Shown here in pieces: positions 35,238 through 48,427 of a DNA stretch of 64,000 bases. This DNA comes from Malacoraja senta (lineage: Eukaryota), in assembly GCA_038087875.1 (NCBI GenBank), contig CM075985.1, positions 6,138,001-6,202,000 of the forward strand, in the 5' to 3' direction. Both the position numbers and the translations under genes were made by a program. How positions within the stretch are numbered: the stretch's first letter is position 1; each line of letters opens with the position of its first letter. The notes beneath the pieces were generated by a model. The model searched no databases. It was not told the origin of the DNA and saw only the letters and a program-made list of their open reading frames with translations.

Positions 35238-36905
35238 ATAGACACAAAAAGCTGGAGTAACTCAGCGGGACAGGCAGCATCTCTGGAGAGAAGGAAGGGA
35301 TGACGTTTTGGGTCGAGCCCCTTCTTCAGACTGGTTAGGGATAAGGGAAATGAGAGATATAGATGGTGATATGGAGATATAAAGAGATAACGAACAATGA
35401 ATGAAAGATATGCAAAAAAGTAATGATGATAAAGGAAACAGGCCATTGTAAGCTGTTTGTATGGTGAAAATTAGAAGCCAGTGAGACTTGGTGAGAGAGG
35501 GAATGCTGGGGCTACCTGAAAAGAGAGAAATCAATATTCTTACCACTGGGCTGTAAGCTGCCCAAGCAAAATATGAGATGCTGTTCCTCCAATTTGCATT
35601 TAGCCTCACTCTGACAATGGAGGAAACCTAGGACAGAAAGGTCTGTGTAGGAATGGGACGGAGAATTAAAGTGTCCAGCAACCGGGAGATCAGGTTGGTT
35701 CACGCGGGCTGAGCGAAGGTGTTCAGCGAAAAGATCGCCCAGTCTGCGTTTGGTCTCGTCGATGTTTAAGAATCCACATCTTGAACAACGGATACAGTGG
35801 ATGAGGTTGGAGGAGGTGCAAGTGAACCTCTGACTAAGCTGAAAGGATTGTCAGGGTTCCTGGGATTGTCAGAGCCGAGGGAGGAGGTATAGCGACAGGT
35901 GTCGCATCTTCTGCGGTTGCAGGGGATGGTACCTGGGGAGGAGGTGGTTTGGGTGGGAAGGGATGAGTTAACCAGGGAGTTGCGGGGGGAACGGTCTCTG
36001 TGGAAGGCGGAAATGAGGAGATGGGAAAATGTGGCTAGTGGTGGGATCCCGTTGGAGGTGGCGGAAATTTTGGAGGATTATGTGTTGTATGCGACTGCTG
36101 ATGGGGTGGAAGGTAAGGACTAGCGGGACTCTGTCTCTGTTGCGACTAAGGGGAGGGGGAGCAATGGCGGAGATGCGGGGTACCGAGGAGACACGAGTGA
36201 AGGCCTCATCTATGATGGGAGAGGGGAACCCCCGTTCCCTAAAGAAGGAGGACATCTCGGACAGATGCGGCTTGGACGGTGGAATTGGGAGTAGAGGATA
36301 GAGTCTTTGCAGGAAGCAGGGTGGGAAGAAGTATAGTCAAGATAGCTATGGGAGTCAGTGGGATTGTAATTGACGTCAGTCAATAGTCTATTTCTTGTGA
36401 TGGAGACTGTGAGATCAAGAAAGGGGAGGGAGGTGTCGGAGATGGTCCAAGTTAATTTGAGTGCAGGATGAAAATTGGTGGTGAACTTGAAGTCCATGAG
36501 TTCTGCATGAGTGCAGGAGGTAGCACCGATACAGTCATCAATGTAACGGAGATAGAGTTCGGTCATAGGGCCAGTGTACGCCTGGAACAGGGATTGTTCA
36601 ACGTACCCTGCAAAGAGGCAGGCATAGCTGGGGCCCTTGCTGGTGCCCATAGCTACGCCTTGGACTTGGAGGAAGTGGGAGGAGTCAAAGGAGAAGTTGT
36701 TGAGGGTGAGGACCAGCCCTGCTAGGTGGAGTAGAGTGTTAGTAGAGGGAAATTGAATGGTTCTGCGGCCGAGGAAGAAACGGAGGGCTTTAAGGCCTTC
36801 CTTGTGGGGGATGGAGGTGTAGAGTGACCTAAAGATGAGGGAGTGGGGGTTCGTAAAGCAGAAGTCATTAAAGAGATGAAGGGCATGTGAGGTGTCTTGG
36901 ACATA
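35238..36905 (-). mobile_element. Penelope-like retroelement, truncated and decayed: RT, GIY-YIG endonuclease, terminal repeat
   Basis: MGTSKGPSYACLF..YLRYIDD..LPFLDL..SYLDYTSSHP RT; PLVLTFHP linker; PVAGHFNSPSHS..EEQHLIF.LGSLQPSG.N endonuclease C-terminus. Confidence 0.9.
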
Positions 36906-37257
36906 GGTCAGTCCAATTAAGAATCATAATATCGCTAAACAACATGACATCCCTTTCCTCGTTGTGAAATCAGAACAAATAACCAAGCTGAAACAAAACA
37001 ATTCAGTATAGATCATCCATGGCTTCAACTGAAGACTGAATCATTAGAGTCTGAATCTCAGATGCAGGTTTAGACATCATATAAGATTAGCATTAGTTGA
37101 AGCACAATGAGTTGTATCTCAGATTCCATAAGAATGTTCAGCTAAGTTTTGCATTGAGCTGAATATCAGACACAATAGACACTGTTAACTTAGATCACAT
37201 GGATACTCTCTGAGAAAATTGTTCGGCATGTAGACATAGTCATTCAGCATGGAAACG

Positions 37258-37503
37258 GGTCATAGAAACATAGAAAATAGGTGCAGGAGGAGGCCATTTG
37301 GCCCTTCGAGCCTGTACCGCCATTCATTGTGATCATGGCTGATCATCCACAATCAGTAACCCGTACCTGACTTCTCCCCATATCCCTTGATTCCGCTAGC
37401 CCCTAGAGCTCTATCTAACCTGATTCCGCTAGCCCCTAGAGCTCTATCTAACTTGATTCCGCAAGCCCCTAGAGCTCTATCTAACTTGATTCCGCTAGCC
37501 CCT
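37258..37503 (-). mobile_element. Short CR1 3' end terminating in a 33-bp tandem array
   Basis: CR1 tail followed by ~3.5 copies of cttgattccgctagcccctagagctctatctaa (37386-37503). Confidence 0.88.
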
Positions 37504-38774
37504 TGGTCCTTTAGCTCAACCTGCGCATTCAAACCAAGATGCCCCATCTATGCGAGCACACCTGCCTCAATTTGCCCCATATCCCGCTAAACATGTCGTA
37601 ACCATGTACTACTATCTTGTTTTAAAAAACAAAATTATTATTTTATTTGGACCTCCCCTAAAGTTTTATTCGTTTTTAGATCCTGCCTATATGAGACTTT
37701 TAATTTCGGTTTTAATTGATCATTTCAATGTACATGCACAAATGTTCCCCAATATGTGAAGTGCCCTTTAGAAGTCTTTAGCTCAGTTATGGAGATGCTG
37801 ATAGATAACAGCAGGTGCTGCACATGGAGACTGTTTTTATCGGTTTTAAATGAATACGTGCCCTGTGATAAGAGAACAAAATATTTCACTAGCTTGCCCA
37901 GTTAAAATGACTACCATTTATTTTGTGGCATGTTTGAGTTAGAATTATACTTATTAATTCTTAGTGATCAGACTTACAATGCATTTCAATTGATTCTTGT
38001 GGATCAAATATAAATTGAAAAGCCAGCAGGTTTTGGTTGGAAAGACATACCACCTGATAAATGTGTTAATAAATAAAACGGAGCACAATTTTTCACATTT
38101 GCTCTACTTCGGCTATTTTGTTTCAATATAGAACAATAATGTTTATTTGCTGAAGTGATGATAATTAAACATTCACATTTTATCAATAGCAGACTAATAG
38201 AGTATATCCCCTGATGGCCTTTGCCATCTAATTAGTTGCAATTCCAGATTATTTATTGGCCATTTAAAACTGGACAGTGGCCATGGAGGAGAGAAGTCAT
38301 TTAGGTTGTCCAGTCGAATGTGCTGTCTAGACTGTGGCTAAGTTTCTTCACTTGGTATCCTCTTGATCAGCTTTCTTCTTGTGCTCAGTGCAATGAGATA
38401 ATCATCTCTGGGGCCATTCCCTGATATATTAACAGCTTTAAACAGCTTCCTTTCTCCCAAATAGGTGGTTATTGTTGCCATCTACACATTTAATCTGCAC
38501 ACACTCTATCAAAAAGAGCTTAATTAGTAAAAAATAAGGGCAGCTTTGCCACAAAAAAAAGTGAAGTTGTAGAAAATGTCTGAAGTATGAATAGTGGTAA
38601 AGCACTAAGATACCCTGTACTAAGATAACCCAGTGCTGTTGATAGTAAATTACCACAATTTTCCAATCACCATTAAAATTTAATAATTCTCACTGGTCCA
38701 CTAGCTTAAGTGAACATGATTTCCCCTCACATCCCCTCAACAACAGACTGGTTCCACCAAGATGCGGCCCTTTT

Positions 38775-39010
38775 TCCCTGTGGCTATCAAAGTGTACAAC
38801 CACTCCCCCTTCTGTCGTGGGTAAAACTGACTCCCCTTCCACCTCCCCTTCCACCCTCCCCCTCCCCCCCCCCCCCCCTTCCCAATCTTTGCACACCCCA
38901 AATCCTGACTGTCCACACATCACTATAATTTCATGTATCATGTATCTTGTGCTTTGTGACTATTGGCAGACCAATTTCCCTCCTGGGATTAATAAAGTTC
39001 TATTGTATCG
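38775..39010 (+). mobile_element. Rex1/Babar-like LINE 3' end
   Basis: ccctgtggctatcaaagtgtacaac...aatttccctcctgggattaataaagttctattgtatc resembles Rex-type 3' UTRs; a Penelope repeat copy abuts it at 39014-39108. Confidence 0.55.
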
Positions 39011-41806
39011 CAGATAGACACAAAATTCTGGTGTAACTCAGCGGGTCAGACAGCATCTCTGGAGAAAATGGATGGATGAAGTTTTGGGTCGATACCTTTC
39101 TTCAGACTTAATTTCCCCTCAAGTGGTTTATGTTATGACACTAACACGAGATTTTATTGAGTCTTTATCAACTCAAAAACTTTTTTAGAATTTGTCGCAA
39201 AAACTATAGAACCGCTGAACAACTGGATTTTAGCTTCAAGCAGAACATTTGAAAGCAAATCATGTCAAATCATGAATTTAGCAGTGCTTACTTAGGAAAA
39301 CCTGAACAGCAAAAGCCTTCAATTGGAATGCAATTTTAATGTGGTGAAATGTAGTTGTGGTGTGTCAGAAATATTGGACAACATTTAAAACTGAGCCTCA
39401 TGAGATGTTAGGCAAGATTTGTTTTTTTAAAGGAAGAAACTGCGATGGGGGGTGGGGGTGGGTGGGGTGGGCAGGAAGATTCATCGTTGGAATTCCAAAG
39501 GTTGAGAAGTCAAGAGCTGAAGCCAGAATTATTTGGAGTAATAAACCCCTTTATTATTCTTGACCTCCTGGGTGATGAAGGAAAACTGAACAGTTTGAGA
39601 GAAAACAGACTGAATGTACTCACTGTGACTTAACCAGATTTTCTGACTATGATATGTTTTAAAATGTGGACCTTCGAGAATAAAGGCATGAGTTAAAGCA
39701 GAGTCAATAACTAAGTGAGTTAAGATAGCTTTAATTTGAACTAGGCACAGAAGGTGGTGATGAGAGTTTGGTTGAGCAGATGAATAGCCACAGAAATGTG
39801 TTGGTAAATGAAGGCCTAAAGGATGTTGAGTTAGGAATCACTGGGAAGAATCTTTTGTTCCCACCACTCTTCCAGAGGAACTGAAGTAGAAGAAAGTTTG
39901 GCTGGGAGGAGATGGTGGTGAGTGATATAAGCAGGTGATTAAAGGTGGCTTTAATATCACTTGACATGACTGGGCCAGCAAGGCCACATGAGATGGCAAG
40001 ATCAATGATGTGGTTTTGAACCTGGACAGGAATTGATTTTGACAAAGAACTTCAAGCTCATGAATTCAAAGAGCAGAGGACATGGTGAATTAAGAAATCA
40101 CTGTGAATAAGAAGTCATTTAGTCAGTGCAGAGACTAGGAAAACATTACTTGTGTGTGATGTAGTAATCCAAGATTTCAAATGAGAAACATATGATTTGA
40201 AACAAGATGAGACTCGGAGAGTAAAAAGTGTCAGTGGAGTGGGAGCAAACCAAATGCGATTTGGTGACAATAAGACAGACTAATCACTGAAAAGGCAAGC
40301 ACTGAACTATGTTCAAAATAGTCAAAACGTTAGTGCAGGGTGTTAAAAAAATGCTAATGTCAAATGCAAGAATTAGGGGTGAGAAGTTTAAAATGCAGCC
40401 TTTGATTTGTTCACGCATATAAATAACATATATTTTGTAGATAAAGGAAAATGCTTTTTAAGATGAATTTTGATTCACACACAGATTTAATGTGACCATT
40501 TATTCAAAGGCGGTAAAAAAACAATAATTCCTTTGTATTATTGGAGAATATCATCTTGGCAATCAGTATGTGGCTGAGGAGCTGAAGCTTGTGCAGATTT
40601 GAATATGATGACCGATTTATTTTGCACAGTATTTTACTCCTGGGACTGCACGATTGCCATGGGCAGTAAACCAATTTACATATAAACATGTGGAATTAAT
40701 GGTTACAGTAATTCTGTGAATATTCATGATGTTCACTTTTAGTTCAGCGAAACTTGATTCTATTTCTTGATAATGACTGCATTGAAGTAACTGCATATGT
40801 TTGATGCCCTGGGACATTTTCTAAGACAAATGCTTGTAATAGACAGTGATTAATCTGCATACAGCGGAACAAATTTAAAATCTCTCCCTGCCAACTGAAA
40901 GGTTCACAGTTCATAACAGAGGATTCGTCCTTCACTATTTTTGGAACAGATGATTCATGCACAAGATAATTTTCAATGCACTGAGAAATTCTTAGGCTAT
41001 CATTGTTTCTGCATTGTATACCCCAATTGTCCACCATATGTGAATCAACTTGCTGTTAAACCAACATCTCATGTAAACCTATCAATTGCCATGACTTTCT
41101 TGATTGCACCTATTTGCGATTTTCTCCATTGTGTTAACTGCTCACAATGGGGTCACCTTTTCCACTGAGACAAATATTTCTCGGTACACTTACCTGCTTA
41201 TTTGCAAAATTATGTTAACCCTTTTTGTTTATCCATTTATCTGGACCATTGCTGTTGTAACCCAACATCATGGAAATGAATTTTGTGCAATAATAATAAT
41301 AATAATAGATTTTATTTATATAGCGCTTTTCAGGACTCAAAGTCGCTTATGAAAGTTCATTGCCTTCTATTTTCATTCTCCGAAAGTTAACACCCCCAAA
41401 GCACTGGCAACATTCAATTTCAGTTAACTGCGTTTCAGTCTTATTTGATATTCATAATTCAAAATTATTTGGCATTATCTGATATTATTCTCTTTTCTCT
41501 TCTCTGTGGTCTGCCTGCCTGTCCATGTCCTTTAATTATCAAAATTATGCAACAATATTTCAAAAATAATTTGAAAAGATAAATAACCTAGGTCCCAGTC
41601 TTCTGAGTATCCTTCCCAAGATTGTATTTGTATTTTTAGTTACGTGTATTTTGATTAAATTTCAACTACTTCACCTGAATGGCAACTTGGAATGAATTGC
41701 CTGCTTGTTCAAAATCAGGCTGATTTGTTGGGATGCATGTGGGTTTTATAGTGGAGGATTTGGGGTTATTTGGGGTTGAAAATCCTTCATTATTGTTTCA
41801 GTATTG

Positions 41807-43122
41807 TTCACTGCTTTCTGGAAACAAACATTTCTGTAATTGAAACAGAATTGTGCTTGAATAAAATCACTGCAGGAAAAGAGATTTGTAAAAATGCAGG
41901 TGTTCTTAATTGAATTAATTGAAAAAAAATGTTGCTACAGCCAAAAGGAAAGAAATAAAAATGTCAAACAGATCTATTGTTTCTGTGAAGGCCAGGTGTT
42001 CTGTGTGCTTTTCTATTGTTCTTGCACTAATTTTGTTTCTATCTTTAAATTTTAATTTCTATCTGTGTTCTTATTTGCCAACATGCCAACAAGTTGGAAC
42101 ATTGATCTTTGCCTCCTGACAAATCATCCCTATTATGCTGTTTGAGTTGCCACAAATTTTAGAGGTTACATTTGGCTCTAACATGTGGGTCATTTATCCG
42201 AGCAATTAAGAACAGTGGTCCAAATGCTGGGCTCTAATGTACTTCCCTCAGAAACATCTTCTTGACTGATGTGGCAGCTAGAATTTTCTTTTTAAAAGCA
42301 ACAGTTTTATTGAGTATTACATTCTCATCTAAAATCCAATAGTTTTTACTGTTGAATCTCTTGGGAGCCCATATAATGTATTTTGAAACAACAAAGTAAA
42401 GTATATCATGTTGATTTATGCAGCATAATAGATTGTAGTGCATCACGGACTTTTTAGTAACCACTGAAAGGGGTTAAGGAAATTTATGAAGAAAATTTAC
42501 CCCAATTGATATATGCTGCCAATTTCTTATTAAATGGTAACTTCATAATTGCACCTGAGGCTCGTTTCATTATTTTGTCCATTATGGATTGTTGGACTCA
42601 CGGGACTGTGGTTCCAAATATGTTATTTTGATAACATCTAGTTTTCCATTACAGCAGAAATGTTATGCTAACTTCCCCTCATCCATATATTTACCAGATG
42701 TTGCACATGTGTCTTCTGAATATCATGTAATTTTGCTTCATTATCTTCCTTGACACTTTTGGATATCAATTTTACTTTTCTTTGTTTTATCTCTCTTCGA
42801 AACAAGTAGGAATTTAAGTGTCCTTTATATTTAATTTCTGAGACTTTGGCTATTTTCCCTGTTTTGTTGATATCAACGAGAGTACAATTACTGTGCCTCT
42901 CTCTGGCTCCTACATTCCCTTCTATTCCCATTGCTTTAGTCTAGTTTCAGCCTGCTTTCTAGAGACAAACAATTCTACATTTGAAACAGAATTGTGCTTT
43001 AATAAAATGACTGCAGAAAAAGAGATTTTGTAAAAATGCAGCATGTTCTTAATTGAACTAATTGCACAAAAATGTTGCGACAGCCAAAAGGAAATAAATA
43101 AAAATGTCAAACAGATCTACTG
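41807..43122 (+). repeat. Local direct duplication: 41807-41980 and 42946-43122
   Basis: ~175-bp copies, roughly 85% identical by eye. Confidence 0.9.
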
Positions 43123-44994
43123 ATGATATTTCCATATTAAGCCATCATTATTTTTCTGTTACTCGTTGTTTTATCTGTTGGTATATAATGTCTCAGCTTT
43201 TTAGAGTGAGAAAGATTCTGTTGAGTTACGAAATGATGTGCAAAGATTCCAGTAACAATCAATTTGTTAATGACATAAATCTGTGCAGATAGATAAGGAA
43301 TGGAGGAGACGATAGATAACTGCACAGGATAATACATACAAGAGCAGCTAACATTGATCAGATATGTAAGACATCTATTTTGACGAATAGAAACTGACAA
43401 GGATTTGGATGATTTCATCAATAATAGTTTATAAGATTCAGGTTGGTATAAATGTATCAATTATGTTTTGTGTGCTGAACCTTAAATGATAAGTTCAGCA
43501 AGTTATAGATTTCAGTAAGTTATGGAGTTTTTATAAATTATGACTGTTGTTCAAAGTAAAGTAAGACAAGTTTTTGGTGATAGAAAGATGACAATGAGAA
43601 ACCTTGATAGATTTATAGAAAGTCAAATGTGCTTGTCATTGGATTTGGTGATTTTTTTTAAACCTTGTCATATTGTCACTGAGATGTGGTTGTGAGTAGA
43701 AGATGAAAAGATAGAACTACAAAAGAACATATAGTTTCATGAAGAGAGAAACCCATAAAATGTATCTGTAGCAGTCTTTTTTGTAAGTGAGATGCTTAAG
43801 TGATCAAGGCAGAAGCAACTTGATCCAAGAAACCAAGAACCAAGAACTGAAGGATAGTGTGCTGAGGTTGCACTTGCTAACTGCTATACATCTCTGTGTC
43901 GACAAACAAAGATGAGGAGGTAAATAGGGAGGAGACGGACATTATTGCAATTTTCTATTTGACATGGCTCCTTGTAAGTTAAGAGTGAGCCAAAATAAAT
44001 TTCAATATGTGACAGCTTCAAACGTAAGTGCAGAGGAGCTGCTGGAAAAGTTGTAATGCCAAATACTGCCCCAGAATTGATTTGTATTTGAATCTGAAAG
44101 CACAGCACTTGATTCCAACAAATGTTCAATTTGGGAAGTCAAACCAGGACAGGGCCACACAATGAATGACTGGATCACTCAATTCTTTAAAATAATGCTC
44201 ATAGCATTGTTTTACAAATTAAATAATATTACTATACTGGCAAATGCATTTAAAATGTAAAATACTTCACTTTTTCTTGAAAGGAATTATTGATCTTACA
44301 CGGATCAGTTTTACAAAATGCACACAGTGTTATCCAAAAAGAGCATGAATGGTTGAAAATGCTTATCGTAGCAATGCTCCATTTTATACACTGCGTAAAT
44401 ATTTTGAAGGACTCTCCGTACACAGGCTATTTGTATTGAATTGTTTGCTTTGGAATTGTGGTATCTGTGATTTAAAATTTTGAGCATGCGTGAGACAATT
44501 GGTCAGGAATAAATCAAGTTTGACTGACCTGATGGTTTTAAGAAAATATGTTTAATCACCTTGTGCTTGCCCTTGTGTTAAATATCGGAATTTAAAATAA
44601 TTAATGTTGTTTTTTGTATTTCAAAGCACAAAATCTGTAGATAAACCTGGTTGTTCAGTGCATAATGCAGTTGATGTGTGCCGGCTTAGCTGGTAAGTGA
44701 ATTAAATGTTAAATGCAGATGTTGAAAATTGATCTCACACTTCTTTTGTGATTTGTTACAAATATCCATTTAGTTGGAATTTGCCTTTTTGTACAAAAAT
44801 AAAGTGCAAAATGTGCAATTGTGTAACTTCATGAGCTGAATATCAAGTTGCATTCTGCAAAATTGAGGATTCTGTCAAGAGGTAAAGCAGTGTTGGCCCA
44901 TTATTTCACCCTTTTCACAAAAATCATATTTCTCCGAATCTTCGCGTCATTGGGCGGCCTTAGAATGATTTGGGCGTTGACTGAATGCTAGGAA

Positions 44995-45297
44995 TTGACA
45001 TGGAAATAGGTCCTATGGCCCACCAAGTCCATACTAACCATCAATCACCCATACATGCAGTTTCTTTTATTCCCACTTTTACATCCACACCCCACAATCT
45101 AGGGGCAATATACAGAGGCCAGTTAAATACAAACCTGAACGTCCTTGGGATGTGGGAAAAAAACAGAGTGCCCAGAGAAAACCCACGTGGGAGCACACTG
45201 GGAGAACAGACCAACTCCAAAGAGCACACAACGTCAGGATTGAAGCCAGATGCTCTGCGGCATCAACTCCACCAGCTGAGCCTATTGTGCTGCCCCT
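44995..45297 (-). mobile_element. Decayed V-SINE
   Basis: Reverse complement of the V core and tRNA-like head. Confidence 0.7.
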
Positions 45298-46254
45298 ATT
45301 TTCTTTCAGCAAACTTGGATTTATCACACTCTCTATAATTTCTGTGTCACAAAATACCGAAATCCAATTTTTTTTTCTCATTTCAAAAATGTCTTTAACA
45401 CTTCGATATCACACTAAGTTGCAAAGGAAACTTTCTTTACAATTTTAACAATCTCTACAGCTGTCGGTAGTGTCAAACTTTGAAGGTCTTCAAGTTCTTC
45501 TTCATTAGATCCTTCAGCAAGCTTCTTGCTGGACCATCATTTTCACTCATCTTTTCTTACAGTTTTGCTTCTAATTAATCCAATGACCAGCATTATTGTA
45601 ATTTTATCACCATAAAAAAAAAATCATGTTTTGATTGGGCAAAATGTGTAAGAAGGGTCTCGACCGGAAACGTCACCCATTCCTTCTCTCCAGCGATGCT
45701 GCCTGTCCCACTGAGTTACTCCAGCTTTTTGTGTCTATCGTGTTTTGGTTGATCGATAGGTTATATCAAAGTTTACAAACAAAAAAATGGTAAATACATT
45801 CCCAGAAGCAAACTCTCATAAGTTAACAATTGTCCAACAAGAGAATACATTATAATAACAAAATATCCATTAGTTTGAGCTATGTACTTCATGTTTTTCT
45901 TCTTTGAAAGCTCCAGGGCATTTGCATTTACTGATTACTAAAAATTTCACTCTGTGATTCCTGAAGCATTAACACGCATTAGCACAGTCATCTGATTCGT
46001 GGTTTGCTTAAATTTAGCAGCACTCATGTCACCAGGACAGGTACAAGTGGGCAATCATTACAACAAGAGGTTCATCATCTGCTTTCTGGTTCTGGAGACA
46101 AATCATGTTTGGTCAATAATTTATTGAATATCCCTCCCCTGCTTCACAATCAACTGATTTCTGCTTGCCCAAAGCAGCCTTATTCCATGATGGACTTTGA
46201 AACTAGAAAACCAGCTGTCAGAAAACGCATGGTTCAGTAAGAAAAATATTTGGC

Positions 46255-47412
46255 CTTTTCAATGAGCGTTGCCCAGACACTGGGGCATCATTGGAACACT
46301 TCACACTTATCTGCATTAAACTCCATGAACCATTCCTGAGCCCACTAGCCCAACTGATCAAAATCCGGTTGTAATTTTTGATAATCATCTTTGCTATCTA
46401 TGATACCATCCACTTTAGTGCCATCTACAAACTTATTAATCATGCCTTCTACATTCTCATTCAAATCATTGATGTAAACTACAAACAGCGATGGGTCCGG
46501 CACCAATCCTCGAGGCACAGCACTAGTCACAAGCCTACAGTTCAAAAAACAACCTTCCAACATCACCCTCTGCTACCTTCCATAAAGGCAATTCTCCATC
46601 CACTTTGCAAGTTCTCCCCATATCCCATGTGATATAATCTTACCAGCCAGTCTACCATACAGAACCTTATCAAATGCCTTGTTGAAGTCCAAATAGACAA
46701 TGTCTACGGCTTTGCCCTCATCAACCATTTTGGTTACTTCTTCAATAAACTTTATCAGAATCATAAGACCCAATCTCCCACATACAAAACCATGATGACT
46801 ATCCCTCGTCAGCCCCTGTCTATCCAAATGCAAATGCATATATCCCTCAGAATCCTCTCCAGTAACTTGCCTACTACAGATGTTATGCTCACTGGTCTAT
46901 AGTTCTCAGGCTTTTCTTCTCAGCCCATCTTAAATAGAGGCACAACATTAGCTACTCTCCAGTCTTTTGGCACCTTACCCGTGTCTGATAATCCAAAAAT
47001 CTCAGCCAGGGTACCTGCAATTTCTTCTCCAGCTATCAAAGGTCTCCTGGGAAATGCCAATGTGTGTCCATCAAGGTCCCACAACTGCGAGTTATTATAA
47101 CCATCTCATTTAGAAACACAGAAAATAGGTGCAGGAGTAGGCCATTCGGCCCTTCGAGCCTGCACCGCCATTCAATATGATCATGGCTGATCATCCAACT
47201 CAATATCCTGTACCTGCCTTCTCTCCATACCCCCTGATCCCTTTAGCCACAAGGGACACAAATATAGCCAATGAACTGGCCTCAACTACTTTCTGTGGCA
47301 GAGAATTCCACAGATTCACCACTCTCTGTGTGAAAAAAAAATTCTCATCTCGGTCCTAAAAGACTTCCCCTTTATCCTTAAACTGTGACCCCTTGTTCTG
47401 GAATCCCCCAAC
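46255..47412 (-). mobile_element. CR1 ORF2 RT fragment (46255-47030) and a separate CR1 3' end (47112-47412)
   Basis: YLDFNKAFDKV..VPRGLV.DP..FVDGTK; the second piece matches 24648-24975. Confidence 0.85.
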
Positions 47413-47664
47413 AAATTTGTTTTAGTAATGTCAGCTGAGAGTTGACTGTTGCTTTACACACAATGGAGCACCTCAATGCTATTTTCTAGTGATACCTTGG
47501 ATCATTTACATCAACCCGGGTTGACAAATGAAATGGTCTGATTAAATTGAGTGGAACAAAAATGGACTAAGCAATACATTGATCTGAATGGCAATTGTTG
47601 AGGGTGACTTTTTTCCAGTTACCTACATGAAGCTACAGCTCCTAAATAAAGGGGAAAAACAAAT

Positions 47665-47866
47665 AACTGCAGGTGCTGGTTTACAGAAAAACATGCAAAG
47701 TGCTGGAGTAATTCAGCGGGTCAGGCGGCATCTCTGGAGAACACGAATGGGTGACATTTTGGGTCAGAGGCTGAAGAAAGGTAGTGACCGGAAACATCAC
47801 CTATCCATGTTCTCCAGAGATGCGGCCTGATTTGTTTGCTGAGCTACTCCAGCACTTTGTGTTGTC
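47665..47866. repeat. Palindromic Penelope terminal-repeat element
   Basis: Inverted arms caaagtgctggagta..catctctggagaaca / tgttctccagagatg..tactccagcactttg. Confidence 0.75.
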
Positions 47867-48427
47867 TTTTATCGCTCTTTAATAAAGTTTGCTGCATCCT
47901 TAGTTGAAATGCTTCTCCAAAATACATCATCACCAATAGTGTGCCATAGTATGCGGATATTAAACCTTTTCAGAGAAGGGAAGAGCCGGAATAACAAAGG
48001 CTTGATATGAAAAAGAGAACAAACCTTTATAATTATAATTGAGTTCATCGCTACAATTGAAAGGTATACTTTAAGCAAAAGAGATTATTAAAGGCACATA
48101 ATACTTGGTCTCAGTGGTAGAAAATGTAATAATTGTGTATGCTCTGACTGGTTCCACAAGGAATTATTCACCTTTGATTGAAATCTATTGTAGCAAAATA
48201 TTGCCTCGATCAATTCCTTGATTTATTGACTGATGAATCCCGAGACAGATTGGTGGAAAAATTGCTTCCAGTTATCTTCATCTACAGGAGTTTTTATTTT
48301 CAGAAAACAAATATTCTAAATGTTTGAACGTAACCACAGTTGGCAATTTAAAGTTATTTCATGGAAAAAGAAGCATAGACTGTCATTATTTATTTGCTGT
48401 AGTGATACCCTTAAATATTGTTTACGA

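Noticed and set aside
37353-37590. Repeat-protein ORFs or a CRISPR-like array
   Set aside because: Head-to-tail 33-bp units without spacers, derived from CR1, in eukaryotic DNA.
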